Below, in pieces: positions 63,199-64,000 of a stretch of 64,000 bases of DNA (within the stretch, counting starts at the first letter, position 1; every line of letters starts with the position of its first letter). This DNA comes from Raillietiella orientalis. Lineage: Eukaryota. The stretch is from contig JAYWIR010000046.1 in the NCBI GenBank assembly GCA_036172245.1, forward strand, positions 62,001 to 126,000, written 5' to 3'. The notes under the pieces are model-generated. The model did no database searches. It was not told where the DNA came from and saw nothing but the letters and a program-made list of their open reading frames with translations. The position numbers were made by a program, and so were the translations under genes.

Positions 63199-64000
63199 CT
63201 ACAAAAGTCTTCATTTGACAATGCACTTACGTGAACATATTTACTTATATCAGTGCTTTAATAGACACACACACACACACTACAAAACCGATAACAAGAA
63301 AAAAAAATTGTTTAGCTTTAATAATTAAAGAAAGAATATCTAAGACTACAGGTTAACAAAAATGAACAAAAAAACACACATGAAAAATCTGGGAAGGGGG
63401 AATGGAGATGAGGGCAAATATTAATTAAACAGATGCATAAATGTGCTTTCAAGCTCGAGTAGCATTTAATTTTGATTCAAGAAAAGAGATATTTAGGGTA
63501 TTTTCAGCATTTTATTATAATTAGTATATCAACTTAAATGTTTCAAAATATCTTATCTCATTGAAAACACTGACATTAAAACTTCAATGGCTGCAAACTA
63601 GTTACTAAATACCCTTTTAAACATCTGAAGGAACATACTATAGCATCAAGATAAATCACCTTCCAAAAAATGAAAAAAATTCGAAACATTAGACATCATA
63701 AAAACACAATGACATAGTTCTAATTTTAAAGTTTCTGGTATAAAGTAACTGAACAGAATTAATGTATCTTCACTACAGTGGTATACAAAAAATCTGAAAA
63801 AAATAAACAACAAACAATCCCATTTTGAAATATCTCCAAGCATACATCTAATATGTTGACACACATTTCCTATATATCTTTCATTTCCCATTTCCTATAT
63901 TTGTAACATTTTCAACTGAATAATCAAAAACCAAAAAGCTTAAACCTCATCAAAATAAATAACTATATATATTCATCCTTATTAAATACAGTAATTACTT

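Noticed and set aside
63646..63891. ORF as a further unc-79 exon
   Set aside because: Its translation does not resemble the expected UNC79 N-terminal sequence; it is probably intronic.

Overview
This is AT-rich invertebrate animal DNA. The proteins look ecdysozoan or arthropod-like, but the species cannot be determined. Genes are split by many very short (~38-55 nt) GT-AG introns, so the ORF track shows only exon fragments. Bases ~1-10,050 are a GC-richer nest of dead non-LTR retrotransposons: a NeSL/Utopia-like element cut off by a Tx1/L1-like element, plus two more diverged Tx1-like 3' ends, one of them inverted. The rest holds six spliced host genes: PPIL2 (+); TDP1 (-, stop codon 22 bp from PPIL2's); a divergent MRG15-family gene (+) missed by the ORF track; a WWP/Su(dx)-type C2-WW-HECT ligase (+); focal adhesion kinase (+); and most of unc-79 (-, 5' end beyond the window). 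Intergenic DNA has 25-39 bp direct repeats about 1 kb apart, several near-perfect palindromes and faint transposase remnants. I found no rRNA, tRNA or CRISPR array, and no clearly new biological system. The findings below are leads of modest strength.
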